Source: Vermamoeba vermiformis (Eukaryota). Taken from it: a stretch of DNA of 64,000 bases. Shown piece by piece: positions 12,784 to 26,173 of the stretch. The position numbers were made by a program, and so were the translations under genes. The DNA lies in contig JBEWZL010000282.1 in assembly GCA_045837725.1 (NCBI GenBank), forward strand, positions 124,001-188,000, written 5' to 3'. The notes under the pieces are model-generated. The model was not told the origin of the DNA, made no database searches, and saw nothing but the letters and a program-made list of their open reading frames with translations. Numbering within the stretch: position 1 is the first letter of the stretch; each line of letters opens with the position of its first letter.

Positions 12784-15700
12784 ATGGGTGATCCTTATGC
12801 TTATCCACCGCCTCAACCATGGGGTGCAATGCCAGCGGTAAGATAATTATCAATTATTTATTCTCTAATTTTCTTACAGCTTATAACTACTATTATTATA
12901 ACACATTTATAATAATTATCATAAATAACAGACAGGAGATTTTTATTTTAATTTTTTAAGCCAGCGGTGTGGATGAAACAGATGATCCAAAAATTTTTCC
13001 TTTAAAATGCATCTTATTTCAACTTAACACTATCAATACATGTACTAATATTAATACAGCCTTATCCTTATCCTGGAGCACCGCCAGTACCTTACGGTGC
13101 TGCACCACCATTCCCAGCGGCACCTTACGGCGTAAGTGCTCAATCAAAACAACTTTAGAGCATATTAACCTTATCTATATAATGACTTATGCGCCAATAA
13201 TTAATATGAACATAACAACCTTTTGTCTATGCAAAATTTTCAAATTCATCGTTAAAAAGTTAATTGTCGTTACATGAGCCTCTATTACTTATTAGAGGTT
13301 TATTAACAGTATATTATATGACAATATATATATTAATGACAATATACGCTATTTACAATGGTCATGTATTCGTTCAAGCTACCAAACTAACGCGAGATCC
13401 CATCCAGGCACCGTACGGCGCACCACCAGGTTATCCACCAGCACCATATGGCGCACCTATGATGGCCCCTCCACCATTCGGTAGCCCTGTTGGTGCACCT
13501 ATGGGCACTCCTTCGTCCGCTGGTGCCGCGACGCCCACATCTGCTACTTCGGCAGCCACGGATAACGCTTCAGCTACAAACGGTGCTGCAGGCAACAAGT
13601 CCCCGAAGAAAGAAGAGGCTCAGCAGCAGAACAACAGTGTTTGGAGCGAGCACGTGAATGCTGAGGGCAAGAAATATTATTACAACAGACTGACTAAGAA
13701 ATCGGTGTGGGACAAGCCTGAGGAACTCAAATCCAAAGAAGAGGTACGTGATACTATAGTATCAATATAATCATATTTATCTATATGGATTATTGTACGA
13801 TTAGAGTTTTTGGCATGTTTTCAAATTGATTTTATTTTATTTCAACGGATCCGGTTTGATTTTAAATGCAGCTTTTTGCGCAAGTACCAATTAATAATAG
13901 TATCATATCATATTATATTATTTATATATGTATATCCCAATATTCATTAATTAACATAATTTTTTGTTATGTAACAATAGCTCGTATTGAAAGAAGTATG
14001 TATATCCCCCTATGCTATATAATTTATTATTATTATACATTAATTAGACAAAATTAACGCAATTTTAGCGCGAAGCTGAATGTCCGTGGAAAGAATACAC
14101 GACGGCTGATAATAAGAAATACTACCACAATAGCAAGACTAACAAATCAGTCTGGGAGATGCCTGATGAATATAAACAGCACTTGGAGCGATTAAAGAAG
14201 TACCAGTAAGTATATATATATATATCAATAGTAACGATTTGCAAATATCGAACTAGATCCGGATCTCGATCTAACATTTTCATTTTTTTAGGGAAGAAGA
14301 AGGTATGAATCATATTTATAATATTCGATATTATATCCATGCATAATATATGGATATGATTTAGCCACGAAAAACTATCAATTAGGAGCAGATCCATTTT
14401 GCACTATGAGCAACAATTACAGTGGATTATATATGCGCGTTATATTTATCAATTTTATTTGCAGAAAGAAAAAAAGACGATCCACGCGAACAATTTAAAT
14501 TGTTATTGGCCGATAAAGGAATGTTGCCGAGTTGGACTTGGGAACAGGCAATGAACGCGACGAAAAATGACTCACGTTGGAAGTTACTGAAAATGTCCGA
14601 GAAGAAACAAGTGTTCCAGGAATATGCAAATGATTTGAGACGTGATGAACGAGTAAGCTAAAAATAGAACCAAGTTGATTTTGTGCGATCGGGATCTGAT
14701 CTGTTTTTAGGAACAAAAACGAAGAAAAGAAGAGCAAATTAAAGAAGAATTTGTGCAATTATGTTTCGAGAAGAACATTAGCATGAAATCTACGTTCAGG
14801 TACGCTTCTTATATCAACTTCCAAAAAAGGAAGATCTGCATTCAGATCCATCAATTCCATAAATTGATTTAATTATTGATTATTGTTATATAGAGAGGCC
14901 GTTCCATTATTACAAGATGATGCGAGGTACAAAGCAGTGGTTTCAGACCGCGAGAAAGAAGAATTCTTCGAGCACTATCTCGCTGAACGAGATCGCAGAC
15001 AACGAGTACGTAATTCAATTAAATTATTGCAAAGTTAATAGTACTTACCGGTATCTCTTACCATATTAGGAAGAAGCACGTGCTGTACGCCGTGAAGCGA
15101 TGAATAAGTTGCATAGACGATTGGAGACGGATCCAAATGTGACCGTGAACACGTCGTGGAGAAGATTCAAAGACGAGTTAAATCAGCCTGAGTTTGATGT
15201 ACTCGAGAAGATCGATAAGTTGCAAGTATTTTCGGACTATATAAGGTAATGCCTTTCGAGCAAAATTAGCCTTTTTTGGTCCACGTGTCTGACATGACCC
15301 TTTGTTGCAGAGAATTGGAGCACAAAGAGGACAAAGAATACAACGACGCTAAATATAGACAAATGACTGCTTCGCGTAAGGCTCGTGAAGCTTTTAGAGT
15401 AAGTGAAAAAATATAACAAAAAAATATCTGTAACAAATATTTTCACGGTTTATTCCGCACCTTTTTAGCGTTCGAATGGCAATGCCATATATGGTAATAT
15501 GATTTAACGCATTTATGACTTATTTAGGCGTTGCTTATGGACCATTATTTGGCTGGCGACATCACGGTCAAAACACGGTGGAAGGAATACTCGAAAAAAG
15601 TTAAAAACGACCAACGCTATTTAGATCTTATTCCGGCCTTCGGGTACGTTATTATATTAGTATAATAATATGACATAAGAAAATACTAACGGATCTGACG

Positions 15701-16618
15701 TTGAATCTAGATCTACACCCGCAGAATTATTTTATGATTTTATTGAGGACCTGGAAGAAAAATATCAAAAGGATAAGAAGAAAATTAAAGAATTAATGGA
15801 AGAAAGTAATATTACAATTGATTCACACACCAATTTTGACGAGTGGCGAACAAAAGTTAATAAGACAAGTCACGATAATGAAAAGTTCCAGTCAATTACG
15901 ATAGACCCGAGTCACTTGAGAATTTTATTCGACGAGGTAAGCACCTAACTTATATAGCTATGGAAAAATGGCTATTGTTACTACCGGATGTCTAACGATT
16001 TTTTTTATCAATTTTAGTTTGTAGATAAATTAACTTACAAGAGAAAGAGAAAATCAGCCAAGCATTTCAAGAGCTTATTAAAGTCCGATAAAGACGTTAG
16101 ACGCGATACGAGCTGGAGTGACGTAAGTGCACTGGCATACTAATTTTGCCTTATTTGGCAACTAACTTTTGGTCTCAGATTCGCAGCCGCTACGAATCAA
16201 TTCCTGATTTGGATGAGCGCGATAAAGAAGAAATTTTCAACAAATTTTCACGAGAGTATTTGCAACGTGATCGTGAGGTACGTACAGCTATTTTATACAC
16301 TTATAGCTTCAATTCTAATATACTTTTCTTCAGGACAAGCACAAACACAAGAAAAAGAGAACCAGATCTAGATCACGATCTCGTTCTGCATCTCGTTCTC
16401 CGTCGAGATCACGTGACGAGGACAGTAAAGGTGACCGCGACAGAAAGTCTGATAAACGAAAGCGTGACGAGAGTAAGTCGAAGCATTCTTTTCTTTCCAA
16501 ATAAGGAAATGACACTAACGCGATATTTGCAGATGACAATGGTGACCGAAGCCCTAAACGTCAACGTGTTGAAAAGCCTGAGCCGAAGATTGACCGCGAA
16601 GAAGGTGAAATCGAATAA
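12784..16618 (+). CDS. PRP40: Pre-mRNA processing factor Prp40 (U1 snRNP WW/FF-domain protein)
   Basis: Pro-rich N-terminus. Two WW domains ([52 protein letters not shown]). FF repeats ([20 protein letters not shown]...[23 protein letters not shown]). RS-rich tail ending EEGEIE. Confidence 0.93.
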
Positions 16619-16724
16619 AGGAGCAGTCACGCGATTGACAGTGTTTTAATAATACAATAAATTAATTTACAAGCAGTGGTGGCACTTGATTTCCTTTTCG
16701 TTGTTAGATCTAGCAACCAATCAC

Positions 16725-18955
16725 TTATTTCAGTCTGTGCAACGAGACTAACATGCTTTGGATTTGCCAATCAGGGTCTTCAATCTCCTCTGACACAATC
16801 GCTAAATTGTGCAACGAAGTCCTTTTCGGAAAAGAGTAATCAGCATCGCATAGAGTTGGGATCTTAGACCGGATGTGGATCCCCAACACCTGTTTACTTA
16901 CTTGAATATTCTATAGGTAGTCACTACTGTGTCCATTTCGGTGTCGTAGGAAGTAGGTCCCGAATAGCTGTTGCCGTGTTCATAAACTTCTTTGATTGTC
17001 GCGTACGTAACCAACTTGCTGTCTTCTACACGGTACTGGCCTTTATATTTATAACCTAATATGGTGCTCTATGGTTAGTGGCTGGCGGTTACTAGATATA
17101 TACAATGTACTTACGTATAGCATTTGCGTTGTATCCGACCCTCTCCTCGAAATTGCCATTTTTGAACAATTTGACGTAAGTTCCGCTCCTAAAATTGGTA
17201 AAAAAGCGGAATTCTTCAACTATTTCCGGCATATTGCTAAAAAAATGGCATTATTATCAATCAATAGTTTTACGATTCTTACATTTCCTGTTCGGTGAGT
17301 TTGTACGGAGCATTTGATTGTAGACGAGAAGCAATCGAGTATTCAACTGAGTCTTTAGGCTTCAATAACCACTCAGCTTCTTCTTCTGGCAATAATTTCG
17401 CGCCTTTACACAGCAGATGTTCCACGTACCTGAATAAAAATTCTTTGAATTAATTGGACCAATCAGGTGCGTTCTATTTTTGTCAAACGTACCAAGAGCT
17501 TAATGCTCCTTCTACTGCGTTGCATAATATACTTTGGGGTACTGACTTAACGTGTGGTGGTAAAGGTACCGAGAGATCTGATCCGAACATCAGAATTGTT
17601 TCTTCGATTAGTCTATAATATGTGATGTACCTGCGCCCATTTTATACAATTTATCCCTGAAATCTGGTCTTCCTAAGCCAAAGTGATAATAGAGGAAGGC
17701 CAAATACGGCTGTTTAGGGTCAAACTTCGCACCAAATTCGAGCAGTAGATCGAACATGGCTTCATTGCCTTCAATAACTGCATGAGCCAATGGATTCATC
17801 TATTGAAAGCATTTGTGAGCACGAATATATTGCTATTTGATAATAGTACCTTAACGAGGCCGTCTGGTTCGCCGGCGTAAGGAGCATCCAGATCGAAGAC
17901 GTACTCAGGGAAATGTTTTTGATATTCCAGTAATTTCCGACAAAAATCAACTGCAGAGATATTCTATAGTAATATCTATTAGTTAAAATTCATTATAATC
18001 TGAATTTTGTACTGAAAATAAAATTGATAAAACTTTGTAATGGATCCGCTTACCGAGTAGCTCCAATCTCCACCACTATCTCCGATAAGACTGGATATTA
18101 GATCATCTCTTCCTCGCTTCAGAAAGCTAAGTACAACATGCAAGGTCTTCTTATTGCGATCCGCTTCAATTTCGTTCATTTTCAAAAATTCGTTGCACAC
18201 GATCGATACTACGGTGTTAAAATCTTTAGAGAACTCTGGACCACTACACTATTAATCCATGTTCATATTAGTAAGCATTAATTGCTTTAGAGTTGAAAAT
18301 GAATCCGGATCTTACATCCAACAAATACGCCAATACTTTGTCAGCATCGGCCGCTCGTATTTTTCTTAGTAATTGATCCTTTGTAGCCATAAAAGAGAGT
18401 CCATCGCTTGCAATGAGCATTTCTGCGACATCATGGCAAGATCCATTTGGTACGCAAAATACAATATTGGTTGGGTCATTATCTCTGATCGCTTGCTTAA
18501 TAATAAATAACAAATATTAATAATATTATAATAAATATGTCATTAGAAGAATATTACCATTGCGCGTTTCATTTGAAAGGCGTTGCGGACTTTTCGGTTG
18601 CGATATCGCAATGCATCACTATTCGAATAATAATAAATATTCATATTATAATATTGCAAATTATATTTAGGTTTTATTTTAAAGATAAACTCACTAAGAG
18701 CTGGATTTCAGCAGCAAAAAAAATAAATTACTGCCAAAAATCTGCTATTCGCGATTATGGATGGTAAATAGTATAAATATGATGTACTTACGAGGTATGC
18801 TTAAGACATGCTATTTGAAAGCCCTGATCCTCCTCACAAATTTGCTTCCAATTTTTACAGGTCTTTATGAGCGAATACAAATCGATTAAATCCAAATACT
18901 GCGCATAATATAGCCTAATTTCAATAGGTACATCGGTGAATAGTGATACAGACAT
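16725..18955 (-). CDS. F-box plus ankyrin-repeat protein
   Basis: N-terminal F-box-like LFTDVPIEIRLYYAQYLDLIDLYSLIKTCKNWKQI. Ankyrin-like NPLAHAVIEGNEAMFDLLLEFGAK and ILCNAVEGALSSWYVEHLLCKGAK. Confidence 0.72.
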
Positions 18956-19223
18956 GTTCCTCACCTTGCTAGCTGTTTGAAAATTAGGATGTCCCGCGAC
19001 AACGATTTTTTTTCCGTCCAAATTTTACATTTTGTTTACAACTTACGTTATTGAAGAGTACCACATTTAAGTTTGTACATATTTCTTGGAAAGACTACAG
19101 TGCCGTTGCGGCTAAAGACGGATTTGTAAGATCAATTTTTTAACAATTATACAATTCAAGCGAGTGTAATTTGCGTAATTAATTGAAATATTTTTAGAAG
19201 AAAATAATACTATTGGTGATCCT

Positions 19224-21005
19224 ATGGAAAGCACCGGTAAGCATTCAAATTAATTTCATTTCGCAATGAAATGTGTCCGACACTGCTCTTTGCTTCAGCC
19301 TAAAGTTTTATAATTTACAATAATCCTATAATAGTATTTAAAATAAATTTATTAATTACATTATGACAGGTTTTGGAATTCTACCCGAAGACCTTATGAC
19401 ACTGATCGTCTTCATTTCTGACCTAAAAACAGCTTCATCGATATTAGTATCGTGCAAATACTGGTATAATAAGTACAAGCATATTATTAATCACGATACT
19501 ATTACTATAAGCGACGATTCAGTCGGAAACGTGATCCGTAATTTTCCAAAAGTAATTACGGTTAAGAATGGACGAGGTACGTGGCTAATCTAAGCTATTG
19601 CCTAATTAGGAAATATTATATTCTGACGTATTAGTGTAGTTATTCGTTATGGCGAGTTGAACTTTAGAAGAAATGGGATCAACTCTACGAACCGTACAAA
19701 AATAGAATTTTTTGATAATGTTGGACAGTTAGCGCAATTTCTCGGCAAATTTAATATGCTATTAATGGAAAATATCAATTCTATTGGTAATTCGCTGCCG
19801 AAACCAAACAACCAACCAAATGGATTCTGGATGCGGATTCAAAATCCGTCAAAAACTGAATACTTCAATTTAAATACTGATTGTGTTGGTGTAACATATA
19901 TGCACGGCCATATTGCTTCAAAAATATGGCATTCTTTGCAGAATTTATCGGCCAATCGAGAGGTACAACCGAGTACGGTTGGTATTCAAATTGAAATGTT
20001 TGAAAGGAATCCAAATTGCTTAAGAGATATGCTATATCATCATATAATATATGTTTCCGAACATGGCGATGTTCATATTGAGAGTTACATGGGTGGATCC
20101 GATATAAAACATAATCTGGGCAAAGAAATGTTGTATCAGCAGAATTCACCTGATTTTTACAACAAGCTTAAGGAATGGATAGTGCATGATAAAGGGAAGA
20201 TAAATCAAGAAGAGATCGATAAATTAAAGAACGAATTTTCAGCTCGTCGCGTTTTTTTGGCGACTACATCCGTTAACAAGCAGAGTACGTAAAAACTGGG
20301 CGTCAATAGGAGTAATTAATATATTTATAGGTTATTGGTTCGTTGAATATGACGAAGCTGCTGCTGTTAAAGGTTCTAATATGACGAAGACAATCGCGCG
20401 AAAACCGGATGTGATTAGGAAATTCGTTAAACTGCTAGAGATTGGTATATATGGCACTAAGAATATACAAAACCCTCATTTTAACCACAAAGAAGTCAGA
20501 GACCTGCCTCCTCCTCAATCCGTAATGTACGTCAAAATCAGATCAAATTCTAAAATTGAACCAGATCGGATCTAATACTTTATTTCAATAATATCGATTG
20601 CTTATATATGTATTCGTTTATAGGTACAATATGGCGAAGAGATTTCCATATTGCATCGACTTAATGGGTTTGCCAGCAACGTCCACGATAATAGCTACAT
20701 TAAAACGAAATCGAGTGACCGAAACGATCATTATAGCGTGCTACAATAACGGTTGTGCGCCTATTGAAGAAGTATTGGAGCTACTACACTTCGTGGAAAC
20801 GCATCTGGATCCCGTTATAAATCCGAAAACGAAAAATCCTTCTTACCAAGTCGGCAGTAATCCTCCTGGTGCAAAGCCGTTGCTATTAAGTTTAGAAATA
20901 GACTCGATATCAATATTTAAGCAGATAAGGTCTGTTAAAAGAGAAGTTGTACAGCGAATCTGGTCGTTTATCGAGAAATACCATAGTCATCGAATTCCAC
21001 CATAA
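19224..21005 (+). CDS. F-box-like protein with unknown C-terminal domains (tandem paralog A)
   Basis: Short first exon MEST(G), then FGILPEDLMTLIVFISDLKTASSILVSCKYWYNKY (F-box-like). Exon structure is colinear with paralog B. Confidence 0.7.
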
Positions 21006-21619
21006 TAAACATATCAAAGAGTTTGTAAGCCATATAAAGGACACATTCAATTCGTTCATTTGATGAAAGTCCCAGCGTGGACGCGTAAAATTCTGTGCAT
21101 AAAAATGATCATGCCTGGCAAGATTTTCTTTTTTGTTACAGTTATATTCCAATTAATACATTGTACGCATGTAATAATATTAATAAGAGAATTTGAGGAA
21201 AAATTTTCGCGTTTTTGCTCTCGATCTGACTTGACTTGCAATTTAAGTTGATTAATGAGCACCAACAACAAACGTTTGGCATAATAAAGTGCTGTAGTAC
21301 TGAGCTGTAGCCATGTATCGCGTTGTTATTGTTTGTTTAGTAACTAATCAAAAAGGTGACGGGCACTTCCCAGCGCTCCTATTGGTCAGAAATTTGGCAG
21401 AAATTAAATAGCGGTTTACTGCTGTCAACCAATCTTTTTACACTAACAATTATTATTGTTTGCTAAACTATTAATTAGTTCGAAGAAGTTAAGACGTACA
21501 AACATTATTGTAAAGCGATCGAGCGAACGCAAAGCAAGCTAACTTTTTGCAACTATTGCTTAGCCTGTTACTCTAATTAGTAGTCTAATATTTATGTCCT
21601 AACGAGGATACATAGAAAA

Positions 21620-23412
21620 ATGGAACTGGACGGTGAGAAAGATACGAGAATAATAATTTGTAAATAACTTTTACATAATTTAATATCAAGTCCCCTCGCG
21701 ATATTAAAAATATTATTTAATCAGTATAATGTTATAATACTAATTGATTATTGCAGGCTTTGGAATTCTACCGGATGACCTTATGACATGGCTCGTCTTC
21801 AGTTCTGACTTAAAAACAGCTTCATCGATATTCGTATCGTGCAAATACTGGTATAATAAGTACAAGCATATTATTAATCACGATACTATTACTATAATCA
21901 ACAACGACTTGAATTTGAGTGAATTTCCAAAACTAACGACCATCAAAAATGGACGAGGTAAGCTGTATTATAGTCCTATTGCTATTATAATGTGGAAAAT
22001 TGGTACTAATCAAGAGTAAATATGTAGTAATTCGTTATGGCGATGGAATATTTTGGAGAGTTAAATCTGCATCAGCTTGCAAAACAACAATAGGACACGT
22101 CGATACTGTAGGCGAGCTAGCACAATTTATTCGTCAATTTGATTTATTACTGAAAGAGAAACTAAGCCCATCTTATGAACCGCCGTCGTCGTCTGTCCAG
22201 TACGATGGATTTTGGATGCGGATTCAAAACTCATCAAAAACGGAGTATTTCGCGTCTAGTGAGAGCAACGGAGTTGCTTATATGCACGATTATACAGCGA
22301 AGAGAATAATAAAGCTTATAGAAGACTTGAAAATAGTTAATAAGGATGTGCGATCAGATGAGGAAAGAATTATAGTTGAAATGTTTGAAAGGGACCCAAG
22401 CTATTTACGAGACACATTGTACTCTCATAAGTTTCAAATTAATAAGAGAGGCGACACCCTTATCGAATCTAGTTCAGGCGGATGTGGCCAAGAAGCAATT
22501 TTCATTAAAACTTCAGCAGAACTGTACAATGACCTTAAAGAGATTATAGTGCATGATAAACATAAGTCAAGCCGTAAAGAAATGGATAATTATAATGATA
22601 GCTCTTATTCTACCCGTCGAGTCTTTTTCGCGAGTTTGAATCTAAAAAATGAAAGTACGTACAAGCCTACAGAACTTCGAATAATGATACAATACTGATG
22701 ATTATATGCTAGAGTATTGGATTGTGGAGTACGAGGAGCTTAAGGAGGACAGTGGTACTGAAATGATAACAAAAACATTAGGAAGACGTCCGGATGTGGC
22801 TAAGCGATTAGCGAAGCTATTAGAGATTGGCATCTATGGTACTAAGAATATACAGAACCCTCATTTTAACCACAAAGAGATCAGAAGGCTGCCTCCTCCT
22901 CAATCAGTAATGTACGTCAAAAGCGTTCGAATCTGAATCTTGTACTAGATCCAACTAAGCCAGCTGCAATAGCCTTTTTTAGATGTCTAATGCATACATT
23001 ATTCTATAGGTATAATATAGCGAAGAGAATGCCGTATTGCATTGACTTGCATGGACTTCCAAGAACGTACCATATTGTAGTTCGCTTAAAGCGAAGACAA
23101 ACTGAAAATCTGATCCATATAGCAGCCCGTAATACTGGAATGGCGCCTATTGAAGAAGTATTGACACTATTTCACTTCGTGGAAACGCATCTGGATCCCG
23201 TTACAAATCATAAAACGAGCAGTTCTCACGTGCAGACAAAAAACCCTGCTTATCGAGTAGGAGTTACACCTAATGGATCAACGCCGTTGTTCATGCAGAT
23301 AGAGATAGAGTCCTTTTCAATTTTTAAGACGGTCACATCCGCTAGCAAAGAAGTTGTACACAAGATCTGGTCTTTCATTGAAAAATATCATAGCAATAAT
23401 ATTCCAGAATAG
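21620..23412 (+). CDS. F-box-like protein with unknown C-terminal domains (tandem paralog B)
   Basis: First exon MELD(G), then FGILPDDLMTWLVFSSDLKTASSIFVSCKYWYNKY. Shares GFWMRIQN.SKTEYF, LLEIGIYGTKNIQNPHFNHKE, HFVETHLDPV and IWSFIEKYHS with paralog A. Confidence 0.7.
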
Positions 23413-23433
23413 AATAAACGGCCGCTTACAGAT

Positions 23434-25869
23434 TTATTTTTTCTTTTGCAATGAAGGCCTTATTGTAACCAAATTTGGATCTAAGCGAAGGATCTTCCAA
23501 GTGATCGCAAGCAAAATCGACCAAACCACGGCCATCCAAAATCCGAAGAAGGAATTGACGTTCTTAGGCTTCACAAACAAGAACAAAGTGACCAAGAGAA
23601 ACGCGATCCAGCCGAAAAATCCATTCTTTTCTGCGATGACGGGCTGATTGGTCTTGGCTCGGTCAATAATACGACTTTTGCGAATTAAATCGATGGCGTC
23701 TAATACAAAATGTTAATATTGACCACTATTAAAGCATTATAAAGCATTTTACCTTGTCTAAAGCCATCATAAAAATTCGAAAAATAATACCTGGAATTAA
23801 AATGAGTTAAACGGCCATTTTAAGTAATATAAGCGTTATTTACCGTAATAAACTGTTGCTTATATCACGTCTAAAAGCTTGGAAAGGACCAAGACCTCTC
23901 ACGTGACCTGTTCTGATGGATCCAGTACCCGCGTACTGGGTGCTAACTGCATCGCCGTTATCGGCGCAAATAACTCGTATTAAGTTCGTTAATCGTGTCT
24001 TATCCACTAAAATAATATTAATATTTAAATAGTAGAAAAAATAAACGTTTTCTTTACCTGTCGGGAAGTCGTTAAAATTGATGCCAAGAGCTGCTAATTG
24101 GGTAATAAATGCTTGAGCAAATAAATGCGTTTGAACGAAGTTTGTTCGGTCTAAATTATCTCTACAATTCGTTCGCGCAACTCCTTGTTGATTTTTAACG
24201 TGTTCAAAGTGGATGCCGTCGGAGGTTTGTCCGTAAAATATTCCGAAATTGTCCATAGTATCTGATATCTTGCTCCATAATAAATCGATCTTATTCATCG
24301 CTGAAAAGTACCCCAGTTCTTTGTTCAAATCGAAAGACAGATAAACAATGTTTGAATTGTTCATTTTGGTAATCATCTCTTGGAACATCTTTGCCATCGG
24401 TCCTTCGTGACTACCAGTGGTTCGAATAAGACTAATAACTATCTGTTTGCCATAGGTCTTGAGCTGATCCTCAAAATGTTTCCTAACAACCGATTAGATT
24501 AATACAAGCGGATCTAAAGTGTCAAAAAAGTGACACCTGTCAACGACCAAAAAAATGTAATTTTTACAACGTTGGTTCGGAATTTGATTCTTTAAGAGTA
24601 TATTCATAATATATACTTACTGAAAGACTTCGGCCTGTTCCTCGACTTCTTGAGTTCGCCACGCAACTCTCGGCTCGTACTTCAAATTGATTTTTTGTTC
24701 CCACAGCAACGGAATAGATCCGCGTACTTGAACGTTGCTCACAACTCGATCATTTTTAACGAGGATCTGTTCTGACTCGACGTAATTGGCGACGTATCCT
24801 ACAAACAAGGCTCAGTAAAGAAGCCAAAAAAATTAAATTTTTACCTTTTTTGTTGGATCCTCTTTTGTTGTATCGAGTTCCAGCTCTATGACGACTCCTA
24901 TATAAAATTTTAATATACGAATTCCATGTAATGTGTTAGGATCTGTACCTTCTTGAAATAATGATGTACTGAACAGAGGTCTTTTGCGGCAATGAAATTT
25001 CGTCAAATTGAACAAAGCCGTACATGACAGGTCTATTCCAGGGCCCTAGATTTTCATACGCGAATTCTTTGGTCGATAACAACTCTTTGAAGTATTCTTG
25101 CATATGTTTGTTCCAATAGAATCGCTCGTCGATCTCGTCCTTTTATCTTATAGTTAATATACTATAGTATTTATTATTTTGCATTTATGTACCTTATTAT
25201 TGTCGCTTAATCCTGCAATCCTTTGAATAGACTGAGTAATATTCAAAGAATGGCTGTAATAAAAATAGCCTGATGAAAGGATGTTCTGCAACATGCTCAA
25301 GTATTGGGTCTCTTGTTGGCTCTTTTGGAAATATAAGTACGAGTTTTTTATGTGAAAGGGAAACGCGGATGTACCTCGAGAGCGCTTAATTGTTTGCATG
25401 ACAAGGGAACGATTGCTACTGATGTGACGGATTTTACATCGTGAGCGAAATATCTGCCAAGTATTTTACTTCCGGAAACTACTACTAAATAAGGACCTGA
25501 CGATTTTTCAAAATTAATTGACAAGTTACGGATCGACACGTAAGCAAAAAAATTGCAATTAAATTGTAAAAATTACCTGCTAATAGATAAATAACACCCA
25601 ATATCGCGTCTACTGTATGGTACCGAATTGCCGCTTCTGAATCTACAAGTAAAATTTTTCGTTAGAGTTTTCGATTTTTGTCTTTCAATATAAGAGATAA
25701 AACGAGTTTAATTAAATTAATTGCATTACATACCATCGGGAATTTTATGTACAGCTTGTTTCTTGTATTTGTCGAAGCACAAGATCGGATTTGTTTCGGA
25801 CGCCACTTTCAGCACCACAGAGCTCGGGTTCTCGATGAGCAAAAGCTTTGGCAATGCCTCTTTGCTCAT
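23434..25869 (-). CDS. SAC1: Sac1-family phosphoinositide phosphatase with C-terminal TM anchor
   Basis: GYFYYSHSLNIT, GYVANYVESEQI, QVRGSIPLLWEQ, catalytic RTNCRDNLDRTNFVQ and ADNGDAVSTQYAGT. Two C-terminal TM helices and a terminal KKK. Confidence 0.92.
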
Positions 25870-26173
25870 TTGTGTTTATTTGTGGTTATTCTTGCTTGAT
25901 ATTAACTTTCTGCAGGCCGTAATTGTTTTGCCGTAACGGAAATTTCTTTGAACCCCGGATCGGAAGCTGAACTGACGTCAGTTTCAAAGCTATTAGTGGC
26001 AATATTGCTTATTAAGACAGTACTTGCATTCTCAAGCGAGTTGCAACTCCCTCAAAGGAGGATCCAGATCGCAACCGAATATTCGGTATTTTGAATGGCG
26101 GGCTTTTATTTTAGTTTCCTTCTTGTTTACAATTTTAAATTATTCTTCGAAATTAACAGGTTCAAAATTATTA

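Noticed and set aside
16360-16415. GATC-rich run in Prp40
   Set aside because: It is coding sequence for the RSRSRS domain, so it was excluded from the intronic GATC-cluster observation.
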